A model generated the notes under the pieces. The model searched no databases, had not been told where the DNA came from, and saw only the letters and a program-made list of their open reading frames with translations. A DNA stretch of 64,000 bases from Chthoniobacteraceae bacterium (GTDB lineage: Bacteria; Verrucomicrobiota; Verrucomicrobiia; Chthoniobacterales; Chthoniobacteraceae): NCBI GenBank assembly GCA_031409655.1, contig JANNXQ010000273.1, forward strand, positions 29,766-93,765, written 5' to 3'. The position numbers and the translations under genes were made by a program. Of this stretch, positions 9,839 to 18,753 are shown piece by piece; positions within the stretch are counted from its first letter, which is position 1, and the number at the start of each line of letters is the position of its first letter.

Positions 9839-10921
9839 ATGCAGGACTTTACCGCCACCGGCCCTTCGGCAGAACGCTCCCCGACTCCACTCAGCACGGG
9901 TCATCCCAGTTTTAATCAGCGCATCCGCGAACTGGTTGCGGATTGGGGGTGCGACAAGTCGTGCGTGCTGATCGAGGAGATGATCATGACGGCGCTCAAG
10001 CTCGGCCGCGATCAGACGACGACGGCGGATCTGAAGTTGTTCAATCGCTCGCTGAAGGAGCTGCGCTATGCGGCGCGGGTCTTTGCCCCTTACCGGCATC
10101 TGCGAAAAGTGGTGGTCTTTGGCAGTGCGCGCACGCCGCCGGAGGCTCCGGCATCACGGCTCGCGGAGGAGTTCAGCCGGCGCATGGTGGAGGCGGGTTA
10201 CATGATCATCACGGGCGGCGGCGAAGGGATCATGGGCGCGGCCCAGCGCGGAGCGGGTCGGGAGAATAGTTTCGGGCTGAACATCCGGCTGCCTTTTGAA
10301 CAGCGGGCGAATCTGACGATCCACGGCGACCCGAAGCTGATCAATTTCAACTACTTTTTCACCCGGAAGCTGAACTTTGTGAAGGAGTCGCACGCGGTGG
10401 TGCTTTTCCCGGGCGGCTTCGGGACGCTGGATGAGGGCTTTGAGGTCCTGACGCTGATGCAGACTGGGAAGAGCCGGATCATCCCCTTTGTACTCGTGGA
10501 TGTGCCGGGCGGTACTTTTTGGGAAAAGTGGCTGACCTTTGTGCAAGAGGACATGCTCGTGAGCGGGCTCGTCTCACCCGAGGATTTCCACTTTTTCAAG
10601 ATGACGGATGATCTCGATGTGGCGCTCGCAGAGGTCACGCAGTTTTACAAAAATTTCCGCAGCTACCGTTGGGTGGGTGATCGTTTCGTGATCCGCATCC
10701 TGCGCAAACTCACGCCGGGCGCCGTCGCGGATTTGAATCGTGATTTTCGCGACATCCTGGATTGCGGCGAGATCCAGCAGACGACGCCGCTCACGGAAGA
10801 GAGCAATGAACCCGAGATCGCCGACCTCCCGCGGATCGTCCTTTCCCCGCATCGGAGAAAGTTTGGCCGCTTCCGGTTGCTGCTGAATGCGATCAACTCC
10901 GCGGAGACGGAGTCGGCCTAG
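9839..10921 (+). CDS. LOG-family (TIGR00730-like) nucleotide phosphoribohydrolase, long form
   Basis: VFGSART, ITGGGEGIM, GLNIRLPFEQ, FNYFFTRK, PGGFGTLDE. Confidence 0.9.
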   Translation: MQDFTATGPSAERSPTPLSTGHPSFNQRIRELVADWGCDKSCVLIEEMIMTALKLGRDQTTTADLKLFNRSLKELRYAARVFAPYRHLRKVVVFGSARTPPEAPASRLAEEFSRRMVEAGYMIITGGGEGIMGAAQRGAGRENSFGLNIRLPFEQRANLTIHGDPKLINFNYFFTRKLNFVKESHAVVLFPGGFGTLDEGFEVLTLMQTGKSRIIPFVLVDVPGGTFWEKWLTFVQEDMLVSGLVSPEDFHFFKMTDDLDVALAEVTQFYKNFRSYRWVGDRFVIRILRKLTPGAVADLNRDFRDILDCGEIQQTTPLTEESNEPEIADLPRIVLSPHRRKFGRFRLLLNAINSAETESA

Positions 10922-10952
10922 CGGCGCGCGAGGACTCCCGCTTTCCTCGTCC

Positions 10953-11174
10953 TCAATCCAGGTCGTCGTCTGGTCCCCAGAGGTGCTCCCTGGTCCAGCG
11001 TTTCTCGTAGAGTTTGCAGAGCCCGATGGCCGGCGCGACCCCGCCGTAGTAGCTGGCGGTCGTGGTGTATTGCTTGTCCTCGTCGTAGGTGCCGACGGCG
11101 ATCACCACGTGGTCAAAATGCTCACTGAGCATCTCAAACGCTTCGTCGATCTTTTGCTGCTGGGCTTCGGTCAT
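10953..11174 (-). CDS. Hypothetical small acidic protein (73 aa)
   Basis: Clean ORF with host-like codon usage, co-oriented downstream of the ACP gene. Confidence 0.65.
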   Translation of the reverse strand: MTEAQQQKIDEAFEMLSEHFDHVVIAVGTYDEDKQYTTTASYYGGVAPAIGLCKLYEKRWTREHLWGPDDDLD

Positions 11175-11246
11175 CAGGGAAGAGTGAAAGTGAAATGGAA
11201 CGGTGGGAAGTGGAAAAGCGGGCGCGCGATCACGGGCGGAAAGCCG

Positions 11247-11510
11247 TCAGGCCTTCCGCTGCGCGAGCACGTAGTCGTGAATGGAGTTCACGGTCGCGAG
11301 AGCCTGGCGCGCGGTTTCGGAATTCGGCACCGAGACGCCAAACTTTTTTTCCAACGACACGACCAGTTCAAGGGCGTCGATGGAATCGAGCCCAAGGCCT
11401 TCCGGTCCGAAGAGCGGGAGATCGTCGGCGATCTCCTCCTTCGAAACTTTCAGCATCAGATTTTCCACCATCATTTCTTTGAGGGCGTCGCGCAGGTCGG
11501 GTTCGGACAT
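11247..11510 (-). CDS. Acyl carrier protein
   Basis: LFGPEGLGLDSIDALELVV phosphopantetheine-attachment motif; 87 aa, acidic. Confidence 0.92.
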   Translation of the reverse strand: MSEPDLRDALKEMMVENLMLKVSKEEIADDLPLFGPEGLGLDSIDALELVVSLEKKFGVSVPNSETARQALATVNSIHDYVLAQRKA

Positions 11511-11692
11511 TGGGAAGTTTTGCGGCAGTGAGATTTCTTCGGAGTTCGTTCGCGGAGGGGGCGTGAAGTTCATGGCTTTGCACGCGAATGCCAATTTCAT
11601 TTCGCCCGCCGCGCTCCGCAATCTGCAATCGGGGACGCCGGTGAAAATTTTTCCGCTGGCGCGACTGCACTCCGCTCCCTCTAATCCCGCGA

Positions 11693-12364
11693 ATGATCGA
11701 CTATATGCAAAAGGGCGGCCCCCTGATGTGGCTGATCCTCTTCTGCAGCGTCCTCGCCGGCGCGGTCTTCCTCGAGCGTGCCACCTACTTTCACCGCATC
11801 ACGCTGCGCGTCGGAGAATTCATGCGAGGCCTGCAAAATCTCATCCAGCACCGGCGCTTCGCCGAAGCGCAGATGGAATGCGCGAGCAGCCCGACTCCGG
11901 TCACGCGCGTCATCCACGCGGCGATCGTGCGGCACGACGCGCCCCGCTCGGAGCTGAAGGAGATCGTTCAGGAAGCGGGTCAACTCGAAGTCCCACGCCT
12001 CGAGCGACGCCTCGCCATCATCGCCACCATTGGCTTCGTCACGCCGATGATCGGCCTCCTCGGCACCATCACCGGGCTCATCGAATCCTTTGTGAACATC
12101 TCGTCCCAGAGCGGCTTTGCCAGCTCCACGGATATCGCGAGCGGGATCTATCAAAGTCTCCTCACGACTGCGGCGGGCCTCGTCGTGGCCATCCCATGCG
12201 CGGTGGCCTACGGCTATCTGAACTCGCGCGTGAACTCGATGATGCACGACATGGAGCGCGCCGGCATCGAGATCGTGAATCTGCTCGTGGACAGCCGCCC
12301 GCAGCCTTCGCCGGACATCATCGAACTGCCTGAGATGCGGCATCCGAAGAGCGACTCGCGATGA
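11693..12364 (+). CDS. MotA/TolQ/ExbB proton channel family protein
   Basis: MQKGGPLMW, TPMIGLLGTITGLI, GIYQSLLTTAAGLVVAIP. Confidence 0.92.
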   Translation: MIDYMQKGGPLMWLILFCSVLAGAVFLERATYFHRITLRVGEFMRGLQNLIQHRRFAEAQMECASSPTPVTRVIHAAIVRHDAPRSELKEIVQEAGQLEVPRLERRLAIIATIGFVTPMIGLLGTITGLIESFVNISSQSGFASSTDIASGIYQSLLTTAAGLVVAIPCAVAYGYLNSRVNSMMHDMERAGIEIVNLLVDSRPQPSPDIIELPEMRHPKSDSR

Positions 12365-12418
12365 TGGGAAAAGTGCTCCGATGGATGCGCGCGCGAAGCC
12401 TGCCGCTCGTGAACAAAG

Positions 12419-12523
12419 CAAACGCCAAACGCCAAACTTCAAACGCCAAACTTCAAAGGTTCCGGAGCGCACGCTCCCTGCATTTGAAGTTTGAAGTTTG
12501 GCGTTTGAAGTTTGGCGTTGGCG
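12419..12523. repeat. Palindrome with tandem-heptamer arms (CAAACGC/CAAACTT)n ... (TTTGAAG/TTTGGCG)n
   Basis: About five heptamers per arm in inverted orientation around an inner hairpin GGAGCG-CA-CGCTCC. Intergenic between exbB and exbD. Confidence 0.9.
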
Positions 12524-12570
12524 CCGTTCGGCTCAGAGAAGTTTCCGCGGGTCTCTGAGGACTTTTCCCC

Positions 12571-12975
12571 ATGAAGCTCGAGCGCAATCTCACCATCAGC
12601 CCCGCGCTTTTCAGCGTCGTCCCGCTGGTCAATGTGCTCTTCCTCGTCGTCATCTTTTTCGCGATGAGTTCCCGCTTTGTCCTCCAGCCCGGCATGGCCA
12701 TCGCGCTGCCCACCTCGCCTTTCAATCTCGGCCCGCAGCGCGCCGCGCAGATCGTGAGCATCACGGCCGCACCGGTGCCGGCGATCTTTTTCCGCGACCG
12801 CAAAGTGACCCTCGCGGAACTCCGCACGCAACTCCAGGACAGCCCGCCGGGACAGCGCACGCTCATCGTGAAAGCGGATCGCAATACGCCCTACGATCTC
12901 GCCGTGCAGATCATGAATGAAGGACTGAAGCTCAGCTTTTCCGTGGTTCTCGCGGCCAATCCCGACCGCCCGTGA
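12571..12975 (+). CDS. ExbD/TolR family protein
   Basis: VPLVNVLFLVVIFF transmembrane segment, LIVKADRNTPY. The usual TM Asp (PLIDV) reads Asn here. Confidence 0.88.
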   Translation: MKLERNLTISPALFSVVPLVNVLFLVVIFFAMSSRFVLQPGMAIALPTSPFNLGPQRAAQIVSITAAPVPAIFFRDRKVTLAELRTQLQDSPPGQRTLIVKADRNTPYDLAVQIMNEGLKLSFSVVLAANPDRP

Positions 12976-13748
12976 AAGCCACCGCGCCGGAGCCGGGGCT
13001 CTCCTTTGCGTGGTTCGATCGCGAGCGTTTCCCGTGGTTCCTTTTCATCTGCGTCGTGCTTTCCTTCGCCGCACACGCTGGCAGCTTCCTCATTTTTCAA
13101 GTCATCTATCCGCAGCGCGCGACTCTACCCCCGCCGCCGCCGCAGGTCCAGTTACTCTCCCCGGAGCTCCCGGAATATTCCGCCATCTGGCAGCGCGTGC
13201 AGGCCGAAGACCCGAGCCTCGTCGCCAGCACCTTCAGCGCGACGCCAGTCTCGCTCTTCGACGTAGCCTACCGCCCGTCTTTCACCACCCTGCGCACCGC
13301 GCCGCGCAGCGTGCCCGAGGTCGTCGTGCCAGTGCAGTTTCCCGCCGTCAAAAACCCGCTCGCCATCATCCGCAGCGCGGACGCCACCGCCTCCGCGCCC
13401 GCACCCGCGCCGATCTTCCTCTCCACCCGCATCACCTTCTCCTCCACCCTCGCCCATCGTCCACTTGAGCAGGTGCCGGCCTTCGTAACCGAGACCGCCG
13501 CCATCGCTCCCGTGGAGCCGTCGCGTTTCCTAATCGGCGTGACGGACCGCGGCGAAGTGCGCTTTGTCTTCCTCCAGCAATCCTCCGGCAATCCCGCCCT
13601 CGACGCCGAAGCCTCGCGCGCCCTCACCACCGCGACCTTTGCCCAGGATAAAGTCCCGGTCACTTGGAGCCACGCCACCATCGAGTGGGGCGATGAAGTC
13701 TTTGCCGCCCGTCCGAAATCCAAGCCCCAAACTCCGAAGCAGGAATGA
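12972..13748 (+). CDS. TonB-like energy transducer
   Basis: TM helix with SFAAH, Pro-rich linker, C-terminal VTDRGEV...QSSGNPALDAEA. GTGA overlap with exbD. Confidence 0.7.
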   Translation: MKATAPEPGLSFAWFDRERFPWFLFICVVLSFAAHAGSFLIFQVIYPQRATLPPPPPQVQLLSPELPEYSAIWQRVQAEDPSLVASTFSATPVSLFDVAYRPSFTTLRTAPRSVPEVVVPVQFPAVKNPLAIIRSADATASAPAPAPIFLSTRITFSSTLAHRPLEQVPAFVTETAAIAPVEPSRFLIGVTDRGEVRFVFLQQSSGNPALDAEASRALTTATFAQDKVPVTWSHATIEWGDEVFAARPKSKPQTPKQE

Positions 13749-13984
13749 TCCGCGTCTCGCTGAGTTACCTGATCGTCTTTTACCTCGGCCTCCTCCTCGG
13801 CCCGATTTTTTGCGCGTGGATCTTCCACGAATGGCGCCGCCAACGCCGCGAACGCGCCGCCTTCCGCAAAGTCATCCGCTGCGGCATCTGCGCCTTCGAC
13901 TTCCTGGACGACAGCACCACGCTCCTGACCCGTTGCCCCCGCTGCGCCAATCTCAACGAGCGCTTCGAGATCTCCCAATTGTAG
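13745..13984 (+). CDS. Small membrane-anchored zinc-ribbon protein
   Basis: N-terminal TM helix, CGIC...CPRC. ATGA overlap with the upstream gene. Confidence 0.75.
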   Translation: MIRVSLSYLIVFYLGLLLGPIFCAWIFHEWRRQRRERAAFRKVIRCGICAFDFLDDSTTLLTRCPRCANLNERFEISQL

Positions 13985-14022
13985 CGCGGCGCCAGTGACG
14001 GCGCACCCCCGCCACCTTGCCG

Positions 14023-15501
14023 TCAGGCCAGCAGTGCCTTCACCGGATGCACGGCCTCCACACCGGTGAGGCGCTGGTCGAGACCCTGGAAGCGGTAGCT
14101 GAACTTTTCGTGATCGATGCCCATGCGGTTCATGATCGTCGCGTTGAGTTCATTGAGATGCACGGGGTCCTGCACGGGATTGTAGGAGAAGTCGTCGGTC
14201 TCGCCGTGAACGATGCCGGGTTTGATGCCACCGCCGGACATCCACATGCAGTAGTTCTTCGGATGATGATCGCGGCCGTAGTTCGTCGCCGTGAGCGTGC
14301 CCTGGCTGTACACGGTCCGACCGAATTCGCCGCCCCACACGACGAGCGTATCATCGAGCAGGCCGCGCGCTTTGAGATCCTTGATCAGGGCGGCGCTCGG
14401 TTGGTCCACGTCGCCGCACTGCGCCTTGATTTCGGCAGGCAGGTTATTGTGCTGGTCCCAGCCGCGGTGGAGGATTTGCACCACGCGCACATTGCGCTCC
14501 GCGAGACGCCGCGCGAGCAGGCAACTCGCCGCAAAGGTCCCGGGCTTGAGCACGTCGGGCCCGTACATATCCAGGGTCTCCTTGGACTCCTTGGAGAAGT
14601 CCGTAAGATCCGGCACCGAGGTCTGCATACGGAAGGCCATCTCGTATTGCGCGATGCGCGTCTGGGTCTCCGGATCGCCGAAACGCTGAAAGGTCTTCGC
14701 ATTGAGCTGGCCGAGGGCGTCGAGCATGTCTCGCCGCGCCTCGCGATCCACGCCCTCGGGATTTTGGATGAAAAGCACAGGGTCGCCTTTGCTCCGCAGC
14801 GCCACGCCAGTGTGGCGCGAGGGGATGAAGCCGCTGCTCCACATGCGGGTGAAGAGCGCCTGGGCGTTGCCTTTCGACGACCAATTCGGCGTGAGGACGA
14901 CGAAGGACGGCAGGTCTTCATTTTCGCTGCCGAGGCCGTAACTGAGCCACGAACCGAGGCTCGCCTTGCCGGGGATTTCACTGCCCGTCATGACGAAAGT
15001 GCAGGCCGGATCGTGATTGATCGCATTCGTGTGGACCGTCTTGATGAGCGCGAGATCGTCCACGACTTCCGAGGTGTGCTTGAGCAGCTCGCTGACCCAC
15101 ATCCCGCACTTGCCATGCTGCGCAAACTTGAAGATCGAAGGCGCCACCGGCAGCCGCGCCTGGCCGCTGGTCATCGTAGTGATGCGCTGCCCCTTGCGGA
15201 TGGAGTCCGGGAGTTCCTTGTCAAAATGCTCCGCCAGGCCCGGCTTGTAATCAAAGAGATCGAGCTGCGACGGCGCGCCATTCATGTGCAGGTAGATCAG
15301 GCGTTTCGCCTTTGGCGGAAAGTGCGGGAGCCCCGGCAGCGCTGGATGCACGCTGGAGCCGTAACCTTTCGCGCCAGTGAGGGCCGCAGTGGCGTCCCGA
15401 CCGAGCAAGTAATTCAGCGCGATGCCACCGGCACTCAGGCCACAGTTATGGATAAAAGAACGGCGACTTTGCAGCGCGGCGAATTCGTGGAGTGGGTTCA
15501 T
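14023..15501 (-). CDS. DUF1501 family protein (Tat-exported)
   Basis: [43 protein letters not shown]. Confidence 0.9.
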   Translation of the reverse strand: MNPLHEFAALQSRRSFIHNCGLSAGGIALNYLLGRDATAALTGAKGYGSSVHPALPGLPHFPPKAKRLIYLHMNGAPSQLDLFDYKPGLAEHFDKELPDSIRKGQRITTMTSGQARLPVAPSIFKFAQHGKCGMWVSELLKHTSEVVDDLALIKTVHTNAINHDPACTFVMTGSEIPGKASLGSWLSYGLGSENEDLPSFVVLTPNWSSKGNAQALFTRMWSSGFIPSRHTGVALRSKGDPVLFIQNPEGVDREARRDMLDALGQLNAKTFQRFGDPETQTRIAQYEMAFRMQTSVPDLTDFSKESKETLDMYGPDVLKPGTFAASCLLARRLAERNVRVVQILHRGWDQHNNLPAEIKAQCGDVDQPSAALIKDLKARGLLDDTLVVWGGEFGRTVYSQGTLTATNYGRDHHPKNYCMWMSGGGIKPGIVHGETDDFSYNPVQDPVHLNELNATIMNRMGIDHEKFSYRFQGLDQRLTGVEAVHPVKALLA

Positions 15502-15504
15502 AGG

Positions 15505-18500
15505 TCAGTTTTTCGAGACGACTTCATCCAGGTTTAGGATCAAATTCGCGACCATCGTCGTCGCGGCGAGTTCTTCGGGGTCGAGAGCTTCGTCGCGCTT
15601 TGATTCCCCGGCGGCGATGACCTTCAGCGCGGCGCTGGGGTTCGCTTCGTAGCGTTCGAGTTGCTCCGCGTAGGCAGCTTGCAGGATCTCCAGTTCATCC
15701 GCCGCCGGTGGACGGGCCGTGGCGGTCCGGAAGGCCCAGGCGATGCGCTCGGTGGTCTGCGCGCCGCCCTCTTTCATCATCCGCTCGGCAAAGGCGCGCG
15801 CCGCTTCAAAATGCTGCACGTCGTTCATCAGTTGCAGCGCTTGCAGCGGCGTGTTGCTGCGTTCGCGGCCAGTGCAGCTTTGCTCGCGCGACGGCGCGTC
15901 AAAGGTGGCCATGAATGGCGGCGGTGCGGTGCGCTTGAGGAAAGTGTAGAGACTGCGCCGGTAGAGGTCTTCGCCGTGATCCTGTTTGTACTCCCGCGTG
16001 TTACTCCCGCCGAAGCCCACGGGCTCCCAGATATTCTCCGGCTGATACGGCTTCACGCCTTTGCCGCCCAGCTTGCGGACGAGCAGTCCGCTCACCGCCA
16101 GCGCATTGTCCCGCAGGCACTCAGCGTCCAGGCGCAGCCGCGGGCCGCGCGCGAGGAAGCGGTTCTCGGGATCTTTCTCGAATCCCTTCTCTGTGGCCTT
16201 CGAGTCCTGCCGATACGCCGCCGAGGTTACGAGGCTGCGCACGAGTTGCCTGGTGTCCCAGCCGGACTCGCGGAAAGTCACCGCCAGCCAATCGAGTAAC
16301 TCGGGATGCGTCGGCGGCTCCCCTTGCGAACCGAAATCCGCGGCCGTCTTGACGAGACCGGTGCCGAAGAATTGCTGCCAGAAACGATTCACCGTCACCC
16401 GCGCCGTGAGCGGATGTTCGGCGGAGACCAGCCACTGCACGAGATCGAGCCGGGTCGGGCGCTGCTCCGCCGGGATCGCCAGCGCGGGGAGAAATTTCGG
16501 CGTGGCCGGGGCCACCGCGTCCTTTGGTTGATCGTATTGGCCGCGCGTCAGAATGTTCGCCGCTCGCGGCTTCGGGAGATCAGCCATGATGAGGGTGGCG
16601 GGGATCGTCTTGGAAAATGCCTCCCGCTTCGTCTTCAGCGCGGTCAGTTCCTTGGTCACTGGCTCGAGCACCTTCGAGATCTCCGTATTCACGCTCGTGA
16701 AGTAATACTCACGCAGTTGTTTCTTTTGTTCCGCGGTTCGGTCCCCGGGCTTCACGGAGCGGAGGATGTTCTGAATTTCTTTCGGATAACCCTTCGGCTG
16801 CTTACCCTGATTCTGTTTCTCCCACGTCAGTTGCGAGCGCGCGGGATCGTTCGCCGGATCATCCACAGAACTCGCCCCGAGCTTGTCCCAGTAAACGGTG
16901 CCGCCGAATTGCGTAAAGGCGAAGCCGCTGAACTTCGTGCCCGCCGCCAGTTTGAAGTCGCGCAGATCCACCTCCAGCCGCACCCACTCGCCGAGCTTTG
17001 GCAGCGGCCCTTTGTGCAGCCGCTCCAGCGAGCCCTTCTTCCCCAAGCCGATCTTGTCGATATCCCCCCAGGCCACGCGGTGCGACCACTTATCGGTGTG
17101 AAACTGCAGCATCACGGTCTGCGGCGGATCCTCGGGATCGAGCCAGACATGGGCGAAGACCTTGCCCGTCGCTGGCGGAATGATCGGCGGCGTGATGCTC
17201 ATGAAGTAATCCTGCGCCAGGCCAGCATCCATGCGCTTCAGCGCGCGCGTGCCGCTCGCGACCCGTCCCTCCTCCTCCGTCACCCACCACAGCGGATGAT
17301 TGCCCGTGTTCACCTTCGACTTCGCTTTCGACGGCAGTTCGTCGTCAAACCAGATCGTCTCCTTCGTCGATTTTTCCACCGGCGGCGTCTGGGCCGCAGG
17401 GTCGGTGTATTCGATCTTCGCCAGCAGCTCTTTCGTGCGCTGATCCGCGGCGGCGATCTTACCATCGAAATCGTCGAGCGTCTGCTGCTGCTCCGGCGTA
17501 GTCAGGGTGTAGATCGGCGGCGTGAGGAGAATGTTCCCATCCATGGCCGGATCGGCGGCGGAATTGAAGAAGGCGTAGAGCTGGTAAAACTCCTTCTGCG
17601 CGAGCGGGTCGAACTTGTGATCGTGGCAGACCGCGCAGCCTGCCGTGAGGCCGAGGAAAGTCTCGGCCATCACGGTCGTGCGATCGATCGCGTAACGCAC
17701 GAGCAGCTCATCATTGATCGAGCCGCCTTCGCTGGTCGTCACGTTGCAGCGATTGAAGCCGGACGCGACGAGCTGCTCCGGCGTGGCCTGCGGCAAAAGA
17801 TCGCCCGCGAGCTGCCACTCCGTGAATTTGTCGAACGGCAGGTTTTCGTTGAACGCCTTCACCACCCAATCGCGGTAAGGCCACATCGAGCGTTCGTTAT
17901 CCAGATGCAGCCCGTGGGTGTCACCGTAGCGTGCGACATCGAGCCAGTACCTCGCCATGTGCTCGCCGTAGTGCGGCGAAGCCAGCAGCCGCGTGACCAC
18001 TTTGTCATAAGCATCCGGCGCCGGGTCGGCGAGGAAGGCATCCACTTCATCCATCGTCGGCGGCAATCCGATAAGGTCAAAAGTCACCCGCCGGATCAGC
18101 ACTTCCTTCGACGCCTCGCCCGCTGGCTCCAGCCCCTTCTCCATGAGCTTGGCGCGCAGAAATGCGTCGATCGGCGCTCCGCCTGGACTACTCGCCACCG
18201 CCGCCTTCACTGGCGCGACAAAGGACCAGTGCCCCTGAAACTCTGCGCCCTGCTTGATCCACTCGCGCAGCAGCTCCACCTCGGCGGGCTTGAGCGTCTT
18301 GTTCGTCTTCGGCGGTGGCATCTGCTCGTCCTTGTCATGCGAGAGCACGCGCACCAGCACCTCGCTCTTCTCCGGATGCCCCGGCACCACTGGAAAGATG
18401 TCGTCGATCTCGCTGAAAAGTCCTTCCCGCGTGTCGAGCCGCAGATCCGCTTCGCGCGTCCCCGCGTCCGGTCCGTGACAGTGAAAACATTTGTCCGAAA

Positions 18501-18633
18501 GGATCGGGCGGATATCGCGATTGAAGCTGACCTTCTCCGCCGCGCTGGCCAAGGTCACGCCCGCGAGGAGGGCGAGGGCGCAGCAGACATCGAAGCGAAA
18601 ACGCGGCATGGGGAGAAGAAACAGTCGGCTCAT
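15505..18633 (-). CDS. Planctomycete cytochrome c / DUF1549 / DUF1553 protein
   Basis: FNRDIRPILSDKCFHCHGPD, WLDVARYGDT, CAVCHDHKFDP, HPLTARVTVNRFWQ, SNTPLQALQLMND. Real start near 18633/18609, not 19902. Confidence 0.9.
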   Translation of the reverse strand: MSRLFLLPMPRFRFDVCCALALLAGVTLASAAEKVSFNRDIRPILSDKCFHCHGPDAGTREADLRLDTREGLFSEIDDIFPVVPGHPEKSEVLVRVLSHDKDEQMPPPKTNKTLKPAEVELLREWIKQGAEFQGHWSFVAPVKAAVASSPGGAPIDAFLRAKLMEKGLEPAGEASKEVLIRRVTFDLIGLPPTMDEVDAFLADPAPDAYDKVVTRLLASPHYGEHMARYWLDVARYGDTHGLHLDNERSMWPYRDWVVKAFNENLPFDKFTEWQLAGDLLPQATPEQLVASGFNRCNVTTSEGGSINDELLVRYAIDRTTVMAETFLGLTAGCAVCHDHKFDPLAQKEFYQLYAFFNSAADPAMDGNILLTPPIYTLTTPEQQQTLDDFDGKIAAADQRTKELLAKIEYTDPAAQTPPVEKSTKETIWFDDELPSKAKSKVNTGNHPLWWVTEEEGRVASGTRALKRMDAGLAQDYFMSITPPIIPPATGKVFAHVWLDPEDPPQTVMLQFHTDKWSHRVAWGDIDKIGLGKKGSLERLHKGPLPKLGEWVRLEVDLRDFKLAAGTKFSGFAFTQFGGTVYWDKLGASSVDDPANDPARSQLTWEKQNQGKQPKGYPKEIQNILRSVKPGDRTAEQKKQLREYYFTSVNTEISKVLEPVTKELTALKTKREAFSKTIPATLIMADLPKPRAANILTRGQYDQPKDAVAPATPKFLPALAIPAEQRPTRLDLVQWLVSAEHPLTARVTVNRFWQQFFGTGLVKTAADFGSQGEPPTHPELLDWLAVTFRESGWDTRQLVRSLVTSAAYRQDSKATEKGFEKDPENRFLARGPRLRLDAECLRDNALAVSGLLVRKLGGKGVKPYQPENIWEPVGFGGSNTREYKQDHGEDLYRRSLYTFLKRTAPPPFMATFDAPSREQSCTGRERSNTPLQALQLMNDVQHFEAARAFAERMMKEGGAQTTERIAWAFRTATARPPAADELEILQAAYAEQLERYEANPSAALKVIAAGESKRDEALDPEELAATTMVANLILNLDEVVSKN

Positions 18634-18753
18634 GGGTTCCCTCCCATAACCCAGCGGAGGCCGTAATCCCATCGCATAATGATGTGACCCTCTCTGCCGC
18701 CGCGCGTGGAAATCCGTTGTTGCCGCGGAGGCGTTCAGCAAGGCTGTCGGCCC

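Noticed and set aside
8949..10921. Sirtuin + LOG pair as a SIR2/SLOG (Thoeris-like) defence system
   Set aside because: The sirtuin is a canonical Zn-binding CobB deacylase and the LOG is a housekeeping type; no TIR or other defence partner is adjacent.
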